In this document: piece by piece, positions 20,428 to 29,071 of the stretch
Position numbering within the stretch: position 1 is the first letter of the stretch
Layout of the letters: each line of letters begins with the position of its first letter
Assembly: GCA_963733035.1 (NCBI GenBank)
Contig: CAVTBU010000001.1
Location: 1-64,000, forward strand
Length of the DNA stretch: 64,000 bases
From: Pirellulales bacterium
Lineage (GTDB): Bacteria > Planctomycetota > Planctomycetia > Pirellulales > PALSA-1355
Direction of reading: 5' to 3'
Program-made: the position numbers and the translations under genes
Notes under the pieces: generated by a model
Seen by the model: only the letters and a program-made list of their open reading frames with translations
The model's database searches: none
What the model was told of the DNA's origin: nothing

Positions 20428-23400
20428 TCAATCGACGCGTTGCAGTATCACAACGCCGTAGTCCGGCACGTTGAGCCAATCACGGCGTCCGATGCGGCGG
20501 TCGCGGCCGCCATTGGTGTGCTCGTCCTCGTTCTCGCAACGTACGGCAAACGCCGGCCAGGTCGAATTCCATAGTTCCCGGTAGGTTCCCTCTGGCAAGT
20601 TCAAGTCACTTGCGCCGCGGTATCCGGACCAACCGCCGAAATTGAGCAGCACGAAGAAATCGTGCGTCTGACCTCGCGTGAACGTCAGCACTTGTTGCTC
20701 CGCCGCGCGCACTTCCAATGGCGCGGGCCCGTGAATCGACTCGTCGCGGTGCAACCAGCAGAGCGTGCGCCACCACTGGCGAACTCTCGAGCGATCCTCG
20801 TCCTGCAAATAGCCATCCAAATCCAGGGAGTTTGTGCCGCCGAACGTGAACTGGCGGTCTTCGGCCGACTCGGCCCCCATGAACAGCAGCGGGATGCCAC
20901 GGGAGAGGAGCGTGCAGGCCGCGGCGACCTTCGACATCCGCAAACCTTGCGACCAGCCAGCAACGTAGGCCACGCGGTCGCGAACGTTGCCAACCTCGTC
21001 GTGGCTCTCCGGGTAGTTCGTCACCTTGTACCAATCATCGCAAGCAGTGTGGCTCAGTTGCAGAGACGCCGCCAGGCGGGCCATGCCAAACTGGCGCCGG
21101 CACGCGTCGACGACGCGGTCGTGAAAATCGTCGCACCACTGCGTATCCATCGGGCCGCCATCGTTTGTCAACGACCACTCGTTGGGAAGGTGTTCGGCCG
21201 CCAACAAACACTGTGCTCCGGCCTGCGTTCGGACCGCATGCCGGAGCGTCTGCAGGAACTCCCAACCGCCGCCCGAGCCGAGCTGACGCACGAAGGTGCT
21301 CCACGAGTCCCAAGCACCGGAGTGTACGATCGTGGCGGTATGATCGAGGCGGAAACCGTCGATGTGATATTCCTGGGCAAGGTAAACCAGGTTCTGGGCA
21401 AAGAAGTGCCGGCACTGTGGATGATCGAAATTGATCATCGCGCCCCATTGGGTATCGCCGTCGAAGAAGCTCTCTCTCGCAATTTGCCACAGAATGTTGT
21501 CGATACTTCCGGCGTGATTGAACACCACGTCCAACAGCACGGCAAAGCCATGGCAATGACACGTGTCGACGAATTCCTTGAGCGCGTGCGGCCCCGCCTC
21601 GCCACAATAGCTGCTTTCGACCGCATAGAAGAACGCCGGGTCGTAGCCCCAGGAGTGCGTACTGCCAAACTCGCTGACGGGCAGCAACTGGATGGCCGTC
21701 ACGCCCAAGTCGCGCAAATAGCCGGCCTGGCTGTCGATCTCGCGGGCGAGGCGCAACAGCGGGGGCAAATCCTGAAAACGGTTCGTGAAGCGGCTGGCAT
21801 GCAATTGATAGACAATCAGGTATTCCCAACCCGGCCGTTGCCATTGCTGATCGTGCCAGGTGTACGCATCGGAGCGCACGAGCCGCGAGCATGCCGTTTC
21901 ATTCCAGGTGTCTTCGACCCATCCGGCGGCCGGATCCTGCAATCGCTTCAGACCGTTGAATAGATACTGATACTTGACCCCGTGGTAGTCGGCGGTGCCG
22001 TTTCCCAGACCGTGCATCACCTGGCCGATCGGAACGCGAGCCCACCAATAGGTGTCGTCGCACGTCGAGTGCATCGGCACCGCGCCAGTCGACTCGCCGG
22101 TCCAGGGACCGACCACGTGCACCGTCGCTGCCTCCGGCGCATGCACGACGAAGTGCAAGAAGCCCCCTTCGGCATAGGCACCCGGACGCCGGATGGTGAA
22201 CGGCGGATCCTGAAACAAATCGTCGGGCGGCGGAACTTCCAGCAGCGGTGGGCGGTCCAGCACGACATAGCGACGCACTTCCGCGGCCTCGGGCGCCAGT
22301 CGCAGTGCATGCCGCGTACGTTCCCATTGACCGTCGCCATCGTGAAATTTCAATGAGATGGTGACCTCGGGGTAGACGTCAACAGAAACGTTGCCCTCGG
22401 CGTCGACCGGTACGTCCGCAAGCAACGCGCCGCGGGCTTGATTGACCCAAAGATGGACAAATCGGCGATTGCCGTTGGGCCAAGCCCTCGAACACGAGGC
22501 AATGCTCAAGTGCAGTCGACAATTTTGATGAGGCAACTCGCTGAAAAGGTGGTTGTCTCCCTCGAGCGTCCAAAACTCACAATCCTCGACGAGGCGAATT
22601 GACCTACGTTTGGCTTCCGCATGTTCCCACGAGTCGGGCGCGTCGGGATTCCAGAAAAGCACTCCGTAGGGGAAGTCCTCAAACAAGTCGGTTTCGAAGC
22701 ATTGCCACCCGCCGGGCTGCTCGCTGCCGCTGACGTCGATCTCATAGTCACCGCACTCGGACCACAACCGCATCTTCGTTGGGGCTTCAAACTCCTGCCG
22801 GTAATGGAGACGCAAAGTCCGCAGCGCCGGCCGTGTCGGAGTCATCTCCGCGGCTCCGCTGTGTGTCCACAAGAGCGGTCCGTCCTGCGCGGTCCAAATC
22901 CGATTGGCGCTTTCGGCCTCAAACAAGGAGAACTGCCCCGGTTCGTCCAGTCCAACAAACTTGAAGTTGAAGAACGATTGTTCTTGGCCAACCAGCTCGA
23001 CGTCGAAGAATGGGCCCGATTCATCTTCGCCGCTGGCATCCACCCGGCGGCCCGCCAGCGTCGCCGCGTCCCACAGGTACATCTGACCGGGACGGTACTT
23101 TCGCTGTGAAATCAGATGCACGCGAATTCGCTCGTGTCGCGTCGCGCGAGGATCAGCCAGCAATACGCGCAGCGCCCTCGACGAACCACACTGTTTCAGG
23201 AAACGTGCCCTCGGCGGCGCGGGGCATTTCGCGCTGATGGGCGTCGGGTTCAAATGCGCCGGGTGACCCTTCAACAGCGAATTCAAACAACATAAATCGC
23301 ACATGTTCGAAAACGGCGGGCTCAAAGTCGTAATCGAATTCGACCCAACCGGGACCCTTCGCGCCGGGAAGTGGCGGCAGGTAGAGTTTGACGTTGGTGC

Positions 23401-23461
23401 CTTCGCGCCAGACGTGTAGGCCAGGGTTTTTCAGGTGCGTATAAGCGATGAATCGCGACAC
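20428..23461 (-). CDS. GH13 alpha-amylase-family enzyme (branching enzyme/TreZ-like) with four N-terminal CBM41-like repeats and a CBM48-like module; frameshift near 23165
   Basis: WGYDP, LDVVFNH, DGFRLD, AAEH and ESHDEVGN catalytic regions. N-terminal ORF 23153-23461 continues into ORF 20428-23325. Confidence 0.85.
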
Positions 23462-23681
23462 AGGACCGATGCTCCACGGACCCCTCTTGGCCGCATCCGC
23501 AAGTTCGCCCCAAGAATAGCATGTGGGTGATAAAAGGAAAGCGAGAGCAGGGAATCGCCCTGTTGTCGACCTTCGTGACGCTCTGGTGCGGCAAGCCGTT
23601 GAGATACGGTAGACTGGTCACACGTCGCGCAACGGAATGCAGTGGCTTATTCCGTGCGCCCATTCGGAGAGAAAACGCGAT

Positions 23682-24836
23682 ATGCCCAACACCAACAAAA
23701 TGCAACAGGACGTCGTCGCCAGCATCCGGCAGTTTGTCGAGCGAGTTATTCTTCCGGTCGCCAGCCGGCTCGAGCATGCCGACGAGTATCCGCGCGAGAT
23801 CGTCGAAGGGATGCGCGAACTAGGGCTGTTTGGCTGCAACGTGCCGGTCGAGTTTGGCGGGCTGGGGCTCGATTACACGACCTTCGCGAGGATCGTTGAG
23901 GAAATCTCGCGCGGCTGGATGAGCGCGGTCGGTCCGCTCGGCACGCATTCGGTCATCTGCGACGTCATCGCTCGCTTCGGCACCGCGGAGCAACGAGGGC
24001 GGTTTCTACCCGGTCTTGCCAGCGGCGAGCGCCGCGGCGGTCTGGCACTTTCAGAAACCGACGCCGGGACCGACGTGCAGCGAATTCGCACCACGGCGAC
24101 GCTCGATGGCCACGGTTATCGCATCAACGGTTCGAAGATGTGGATCACCAACGGCCGACACGGCAACACCTTCGTGCTCGCCGCGAAGACCGACACTGCC
24201 GCCTCTCCAGCATATGCCGGCATTTCGGCATTCATCATTGAGAAAGGGGGCGAGGGATTCCGAGTCGGCCGCGACATCGACAAGCTCGGCTACAAGGGCG
24301 TTGAGACCTGCGAGTTGTTCTTCGAGGACTTCTACGTGCCGGCTGCCAACCTGATCGGGGGCCAGGAGGGGGAGGGCTTCAAACAAATCATGACCGGCCT
24401 GGAAAGCGAACGCATCAATGTCGCTGCACGGGGCGTCGGTCTGGCCCGGGCCGCGTTCGAGGACGCGATTCGCTACGCCCAGCAGCGGCAAACGTTTGGC
24501 AAGCCAATTTGCGAGCACCAGACGATTCAAATCAAGTTGGCCGACATGGCCACCAAGATCGAGGCCGCCCGGCTGTTGGTCTATTCAGCCGCCGAAAAGA
24601 AAGATCGGGGAGAACGTTGCGATTTGGAAGCAGGCATGGCGAAACTGTTTGCCACCGAAACAGCCCAGGAGGTGGCCTTGGAAGCGTTGCGCGTGCACGG
24701 CGGCGCTGGTTATTCCAAGGACCTCAACGTTGAGCGCTATTATCGCGACGCTCCGCTGCTCATCGTCGGCGGCGGCACGAACGAACTGCAGCGTCTCGTA
24801 ATCGCCAAGGGACTTATCGCCAGGTACGCCATTTAG
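23682..24836 (+). CDS. Acyl-CoA dehydrogenase
   Basis: ALSETDAGTD, INGSKMWITNG, ERINVAA, RQTFGKPI, HGGAGY, VERYYRDA, GGTNELQR. Confidence 0.93.
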   Translation: MPNTNKMQQDVVASIRQFVERVILPVASRLEHADEYPREIVEGMRELGLFGCNVPVEFGGLGLDYTTFARIVEEISRGWMSAVGPLGTHSVICDVIARFGTAEQRGRFLPGLASGERRGGLALSETDAGTDVQRIRTTATLDGHGYRINGSKMWITNGRHGNTFVLAAKTDTAASPAYAGISAFIIEKGGEGFRVGRDIDKLGYKGVETCELFFEDFYVPAANLIGGQEGEGFKQIMTGLESERINVAARGVGLARAAFEDAIRYAQQRQTFGKPICEHQTIQIKLADMATKIEAARLLVYSAAEKKDRGERCDLEAGMAKLFATETAQEVALEALRVHGGAGYSKDLNVERYYRDAPLLIVGGGTNELQRLVIAKGLIARYAI

Positions 24837-24845
24837 GCACCGAAT

Positions 24846-25670
24846 TCAGGCGATAAACTCGCGGTAGAAGTAATACCCCGCCAAACTGAAACCAATCGTC
24901 ACGATCAGTGCCCGGGCAAGCCTTTTGTCAACGCGCCGAATCGTACGGGCGGCCAGGTAGCCGCCGAGCATCGACGCGACCGCCATCATGGCCGCGATGC
25001 GCCAGTAGACGTTCCCGCTGCTCGCGAACACAATTACGCTGGTCCCGTTGATCACCAGATTCAGCAACATCTTGACGGCGTTCATCCGGTGAATGTCGGA
25101 CATGCCCATGATCGCCAAGGCGCTGAGCATCAGAATGCCGATGCCGGCGCCGAAGTAACCCCCGTAGATAGCGACCAGGAATTGAAATCCGATTGCAGCC
25201 GCGATTGGAACCGCGGAACTGGGAGGACGAGCCCGCCCAGGGTCCGCCGCGCTGCCGTCCGGGAGCTGTTGTGGTTGGTTGAGCCCAATCCACCGCGCGA
25301 TCTGCGGCTGCAGCGCGAACAGCATGGCGGCCACGAGAATCAGCCAGGGCACCAGATTCTTGAACGTGGCGCCCGGAAGCATGACGAGCAGCAGAGACCC
25401 GATCAATCCACCCACCAGGCTAGGACCAATCAGGAGCATCGCCCAGCGCAGTTCTTGGCGAATCTCATCGCGATAACCGGCCAGCGCGGCGACCGCGCCA
25501 GGCACCAGCGCTACGGTGCTCGTGGCATTGGCCATCACAGCCGCCTCCCCGGAAGTACCGAGCGCGGCATAGAGAACCGGAAACGTCAAAAGCGTGCCGC
25601 CCCCCGCGACGGCATTGATCGCGCCGGCCAAAAACGCGGCGAGGCATAGTAAGAGATACTCGGCCAGCAA
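24846..25670 (-). CDS. TauE/SafE (sulfite exporter family) membrane protein
   Basis: AGAINAVAGGGTLLTFP and YGGYFGAGIGILML; about 8 TM segments. Confidence 0.9.
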   Translation of the reverse strand: MLAEYLLLCLAAFLAGAINAVAGGGTLLTFPVLYAALGTSGEAAVMANATSTVALVPGAVAALAGYRDEIRQELRWAMLLIGPSLVGGLIGSLLLVMLPGATFKNLVPWLILVAAMLFALQPQIARWIGLNQPQQLPDGSAADPGRARPPSSAVPIAAAIGFQFLVAIYGGYFGAGIGILMLSALAIMGMSDIHRMNAVKMLLNLVINGTSVIVFASSGNVYWRIAAMMAVASMLGGYLAARTIRRVDKRLARALIVTIGFSLAGYYFYREFIA

Positions 25671-25779
25671 CGACGGACCCTTCACACACAATCCGAGAGC
25701 GACGTGCCGAGTATAACCGGCCCCCAGGTGACCTTCTACCGGAAACGCAAGACGCCATGCAGGTTATTGCGGGCCAAGT

Positions 25780-25808
25780 TTGACGACGCTGGAGGCCCTG
25801 CCTACGAT
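25780..25808 (+). promoter_or_regulatory. sigma70-type promoter for the small gene at 25880
   Basis: TTGACG-17 nt-TACGAT. Confidence 0.6.
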
Positions 25809-25879
25809 TCCGTTGGCAACTGTCCTTCCATGAATCGATTTCAAACGAGTATCAATTTGCGGCAGCGAAGGAGAATGCA

Positions 25880-26071
25880 ATGAGTCAAGACCAGCCGGCC
25901 ACTAGGAGCGACCCGACGCGCGACGCCGCTCAACGGCAGGCCGAGTTGGCCCGCAAACTTGCGGCCAGCAAACAGCCGGACGCGGTGGATGAAGCGTCGG
26001 ACGAATCATTTCCGGCCAGCGATCCGCCAGCCTGGACCGAGACGACCGCCAGCAAAAACCGCGGTAAATGA
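25880..26071 (+). CDS. Small conserved hypothetical protein with VDEAS.ESFPASDPPAW motif
   Basis: AAGGAG SD, own promoter, recognisable C-terminal motif. Confidence 0.78.
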   Translation: MSQDQPATRSDPTRDAAQRQAELARKLAASKQPDAVDEASDESFPASDPPAWTETTASKNRGK

Positions 26072-26095
26072 CGCCGCCAATTTGTTGACGGCAAA

Positions 26096-27127
26096 TTACG
26101 TTGCGGGTGCCAATTGAAGCACCCACTGCTGAAAGTCGCGATCGAGCTCCTCGATCGCGACGTTGGGAAATGCCTCGCTTAACGATCGCTGCCCGCGGGG
26201 ATCATTGGCGTGCCGCTGACGAAAGGCGCGATAGAACTCCGCAAGCAGGCCCCGTTGCTGCAAGTATAAGCAGAAGTACCTCGCCTGGGCGTAGTTGGTG
26301 CCCTCGCCTGGACCGCGAAAATACGGGTTCTCCATCAGTCGAGACAACGAGGCAAGCTGCCCGGCACGAGTTACGGCCTGCAAACCCTCGAGCCGCCAGT
26401 TGACCAGCCCCTCGATCCAGGGTCCGTCGTCGCTCGAGCGGAATCTCGACTGTTCGTGCAAACTCGCTAGCCCTTCGTTGAACCAATCGGGAGCCTGCGG
26501 AAAGTCGAAATCCATCAGCGCGTGCGTCAGTTCGTGCAGCAGTGTTCCCTGGCCGGTTCCCAGATTCAGCACCAGCGTGCGCAGCTTCGGCTTGTAGTAG
26601 CCGTAGATCGAGATGCCGCGCTCGCCGAACAGCTTTTCGCAATAGCGATTGTAACTCTCCTCACCGCGAAACACGAGCACCGTGACCGGCGCGTCGGGCT
26701 TGGCGTCGAAGTAGCTGTGATGCATCGCGCGGACGGCCGGCTTGATTGTCCGCTCGTGTAGTTCGGCAAGTGCCCGTTCATCGAAATCGCCCGCCAACAC
26801 GAACGGTGCTCGCACAAGCACGCGACATTCGGCGTCAAGCGCTTTGTCCAAATCGTCCGCGGCCCGCCGACACGCTTGTTCGAGATCATCAACAACGATC
26901 TCCCGCGCAGGCACGTCGCGAGCAGCCAACGCCCACTCGCCCGTGTGTGTTGGCAGGAGGCTGTTGCGCATCACGACGGCCGGTGGTTCAGACTTAAACC
27001 ACGCGGATAACGCCCAGGACGAGCCCACAATCGGCAGCGGTCCGAGGATCAAAATTAACCAGCGGAGGCGATTCAAACGCGCGGATTCCTGCACCTGGAA
27101 ACAAGAACTTTGTTGCGTGAGTTTCAA
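26096..27127 (-). CDS. HExxH zinc metallopeptidase-like protein (DUF1570/peptidase MA-like)
   Basis: LLHELTHAL...PDWFNEGLASLHE and NYAQARYFCLYL; N-terminal hydrophobic segment. Confidence 0.75.
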   Translation of the reverse strand: MKLTQQSSCFQVQESARLNRLRWLILILGPLPIVGSSWALSAWFKSEPPAVVMRNSLLPTHTGEWALAARDVPAREIVVDDLEQACRRAADDLDKALDAECRVLVRAPFVLAGDFDERALAELHERTIKPAVRAMHHSYFDAKPDAPVTVLVFRGEESYNRYCEKLFGERGISIYGYYKPKLRTLVLNLGTGQGTLLHELTHALMDFDFPQAPDWFNEGLASLHEQSRFRSSDDGPWIEGLVNWRLEGLQAVTRAGQLASLSRLMENPYFRGPGEGTNYAQARYFCLYLQQRGLLAEFYRAFRQRHANDPRGQRSLSEAFPNVAIEELDRDFQQWVLQLAPAT

Positions 27128-27280
27128 GCTAGCCGAGGCTCACGCGACTCACAAGTCGCGTAGCATGCCAATTGCGAGCCGGTCAGGCCGGCAATTTTGA
27201 GGGCAGCAGGTAAAATCCTTAAAACCGCTCGACCTTCCGCCGCCTGCGCCTCAACCAGTGTAGCCCACGCCAATTGCAAG

Positions 27281-27296
27281 TGGCGCACGGTTTGCA
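27281..27296 (+). promoter_or_regulatory. Putative sigma54 (-24/-12) promoter for the DUF883 operon
   Basis: TGGCGCACGGTTTGCA has exact GG-N10-GC spacing and matches TGGCAC-N5-TTGCW except at one base. Confidence 0.6.
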
Positions 27297-27497
27297 ACCG
27301 AAGTAGACCGGATTTTCGTAAGTCCTTGTGCATTTGTACTGTTTTGGCCCGAACGCGGCGGCAATGCTAGGTTTGAAAGCGCAAATGAGGCAGTTGCCTG
27401 CTGCCGCGTCAACCACGATGGCTGGTATTCTGCCATTAACTTGTGAGTGCGTTTTTGCAGCAAATTCACGCTTGTTTACCTGCGGAGGAATGAGGCC

Positions 27498-27740
27498 ATG
27501 CCCACAAACCGAAACCATATTGGCGCCCACGCTCGGAATGCTGTCGCGGAGATGCAAATGGAAGCCAAGACCATTAAGAACAAAGCTCAAGAGCGCGCAT
27601 GTGAACTGAGCGAAGCCGCTCGGGAGCGCGCTGCCGGAGTTCAAAACCAGTTGGAGCAGCGCATTACTCAAAATCCGCTGAAGTCGATTCTGATTGCCGC
27701 CGGTGTCGGCGTCGTGTTGGGATTCCTCTGGCGGAGGTAA
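27498..27740 (+). CDS. DUF883 / ElaB-YqjD family membrane-anchored protein
   Basis: Helical N-terminus, then ITQNPLKSILIAAGVGVVLGFLWRR. Confidence 0.85.
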   Translation: MPTNRNHIGAHARNAVAEMQMEAKTIKNKAQERACELSEAARERAAGVQNQLEQRITQNPLKSILIAAGVGVVLGFLWRR

Positions 27741-27790
27741 ACGGCGCTAGCGTTCCATTGGATTTGTTTCGTTGAGCGAAGGGTGCGAGG

Positions 27791-28297
27791 ATGCCAGTCA
27801 ATCGCTTTGACAGAACCGCCTCCGGCGACGATGCGGATCCCGAGGAAACCGACAAGGGATTCGATCGCGGTGGGCCCGAGGCGGTCCACCGCCTGCAAGC
27901 CCAGCTCGAAGAATTGGGTGAGCATGCGCGGATGTATGTCCAGGCCAGGAAGGACGCGATGTTGGCCACGTCCCGCAAACTCGTCTTGTGGGCTCTGGCC
28001 GGCATCATTGGTTTTGCGGTTCTCTGCACCATGCTGATCACAGCGACCGTACTCGGCATGACCGGATTGGCACAAGTCATCGGCGTCGGTCTGGGAGACC
28101 GGGCCTGGGCTGGAAATTTGATTGCCGGCTTTGGCCTGCTTCTGCTGGTCGCGGTCGGACTGGTCGTGTCTATCCGTCTGGTTCAAAGCCGCTTCCACAA
28201 ACAAACGGTGAAGAAGTATGCCCAGCGACACCAGGCACAACGGTCACGCTTCGGACACGACGTCGGCCAAGCCGGCAGCGAAGCTGAGCGAAACTGA
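27791..28297 (+). CDS. YqjE-like / holin-superfamily membrane protein
   Basis: Two TM segments, directly after the DUF883 gene; GAGG SD. Confidence 0.6.
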   Translation: MPVNRFDRTASGDDADPEETDKGFDRGGPEAVHRLQAQLEELGEHARMYVQARKDAMLATSRKLVLWALAGIIGFAVLCTMLITATVLGMTGLAQVIGVGLGDRAWAGNLIAGFGLLLLVAVGLVVSIRLVQSRFHKQTVKKYAQRHQAQRSRFGHDVGQAGSEAERN

Positions 28298-28790
28298 ATA
28301 CCTCGCGCGCGAAGCCGACGACGCCCGCGGCGCCATCTCCGAGACGATCGGCAACATGCGCACGTCGCTCGTCGAGGCGGCCGATGTGCGGGCGTGGGCG
28401 CGCAAGTATCCCTGGGCAACACTCGGTGCCGCCACGGCAGCCGGTTTTCTGGCTGCCGCGGCTCTGAAGCCACGGCGAACGACTGCAGAAGAAGAGGACG
28501 AGCCGGCATTGCTCGAGCGGATCCTCGCCGACGAGCAGATCGCCGAGCGGATTAAGAAACTGGCCGAGGAAGACGAGAAGGGTGCCCGCAAGCGTTCCAG
28601 CATGCTGCGGTCCGTGGCCTCCACGCTGCTCGATACCTTTGGACCGGCAATCCAGCAGTCGATCGCCACGGCTCTGGCCGCCCGAGCCGCAACGCCCGAA
28701 CCGGAAGAAGTTGCCGAGGCCGCCGAACAAGCAGACGGCGAAACAAGCGGCGCGGATGAGCCCCCGCCTACGGGACACGCCGGGAGTTAA
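28218..28790 (+). CDS. YqjK/DUF3618-like hypothetical protein (start uncertain)
   Basis: Acidic helix then WARKYPWATLGAATAAGFLAA; third gene of a yqjDEK-like triad. Confidence 0.55.
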   Translation: MPSDTRHNGHASDTTSAKPAAKLSETEYLAREADDARGAISETIGNMRTSLVEAADVRAWARKYPWATLGAATAAGFLAAAALKPRRTTAEEEDEPALLERILADEQIAERIKKLAEEDEKGARKRSSMLRSVASTLLDTFGPAIQQSIATALAARAATPEPEEVAEAAEQADGETSGADEPPPTGHAGS

Positions 28791-29050
28791 CCTCCGCCAA
28801 TCGCCGGCAGGAAGTGCACCTCGCCATCGGCGGGCACCGGCGACCGTAGGCCGCGCGAAGCAATCGCGCCGTCAATCGAAACCGCCAAGCCCGAGGCAAT
28901 TGCCTCCCCGTCGCAAAGTCGCTCGCGGATCCCCGGGAATTGCCGTTCCAGGCCGTTGGCAATTTCGCGAAGCGTGGCTCCGCTGAGTTGCAACTGATCC
29001 ACCTCGCCCGTCAGGTCTCGCCATTGCGTAGGAATGAAGACGGTTGCCAT
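28787..29050 (-). CDS. MoaD/ThiS-family ubiquitin-like sulfur carrier
   Basis: 87 aa beta-grasp pattern ending HFLPAIGGG; last gene of the molybdo-enzyme operon. Confidence 0.85.
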   Translation of the reverse strand: MATVFIPTQWRDLTGEVDQLQLSGATLREIANGLERQFPGIRERLCDGEAIASGLAVSIDGAIASRGLRSPVPADGEVHFLPAIGGG

Positions 29051-29071
29051 GGGCCTGCCAGTCCGCGCACT

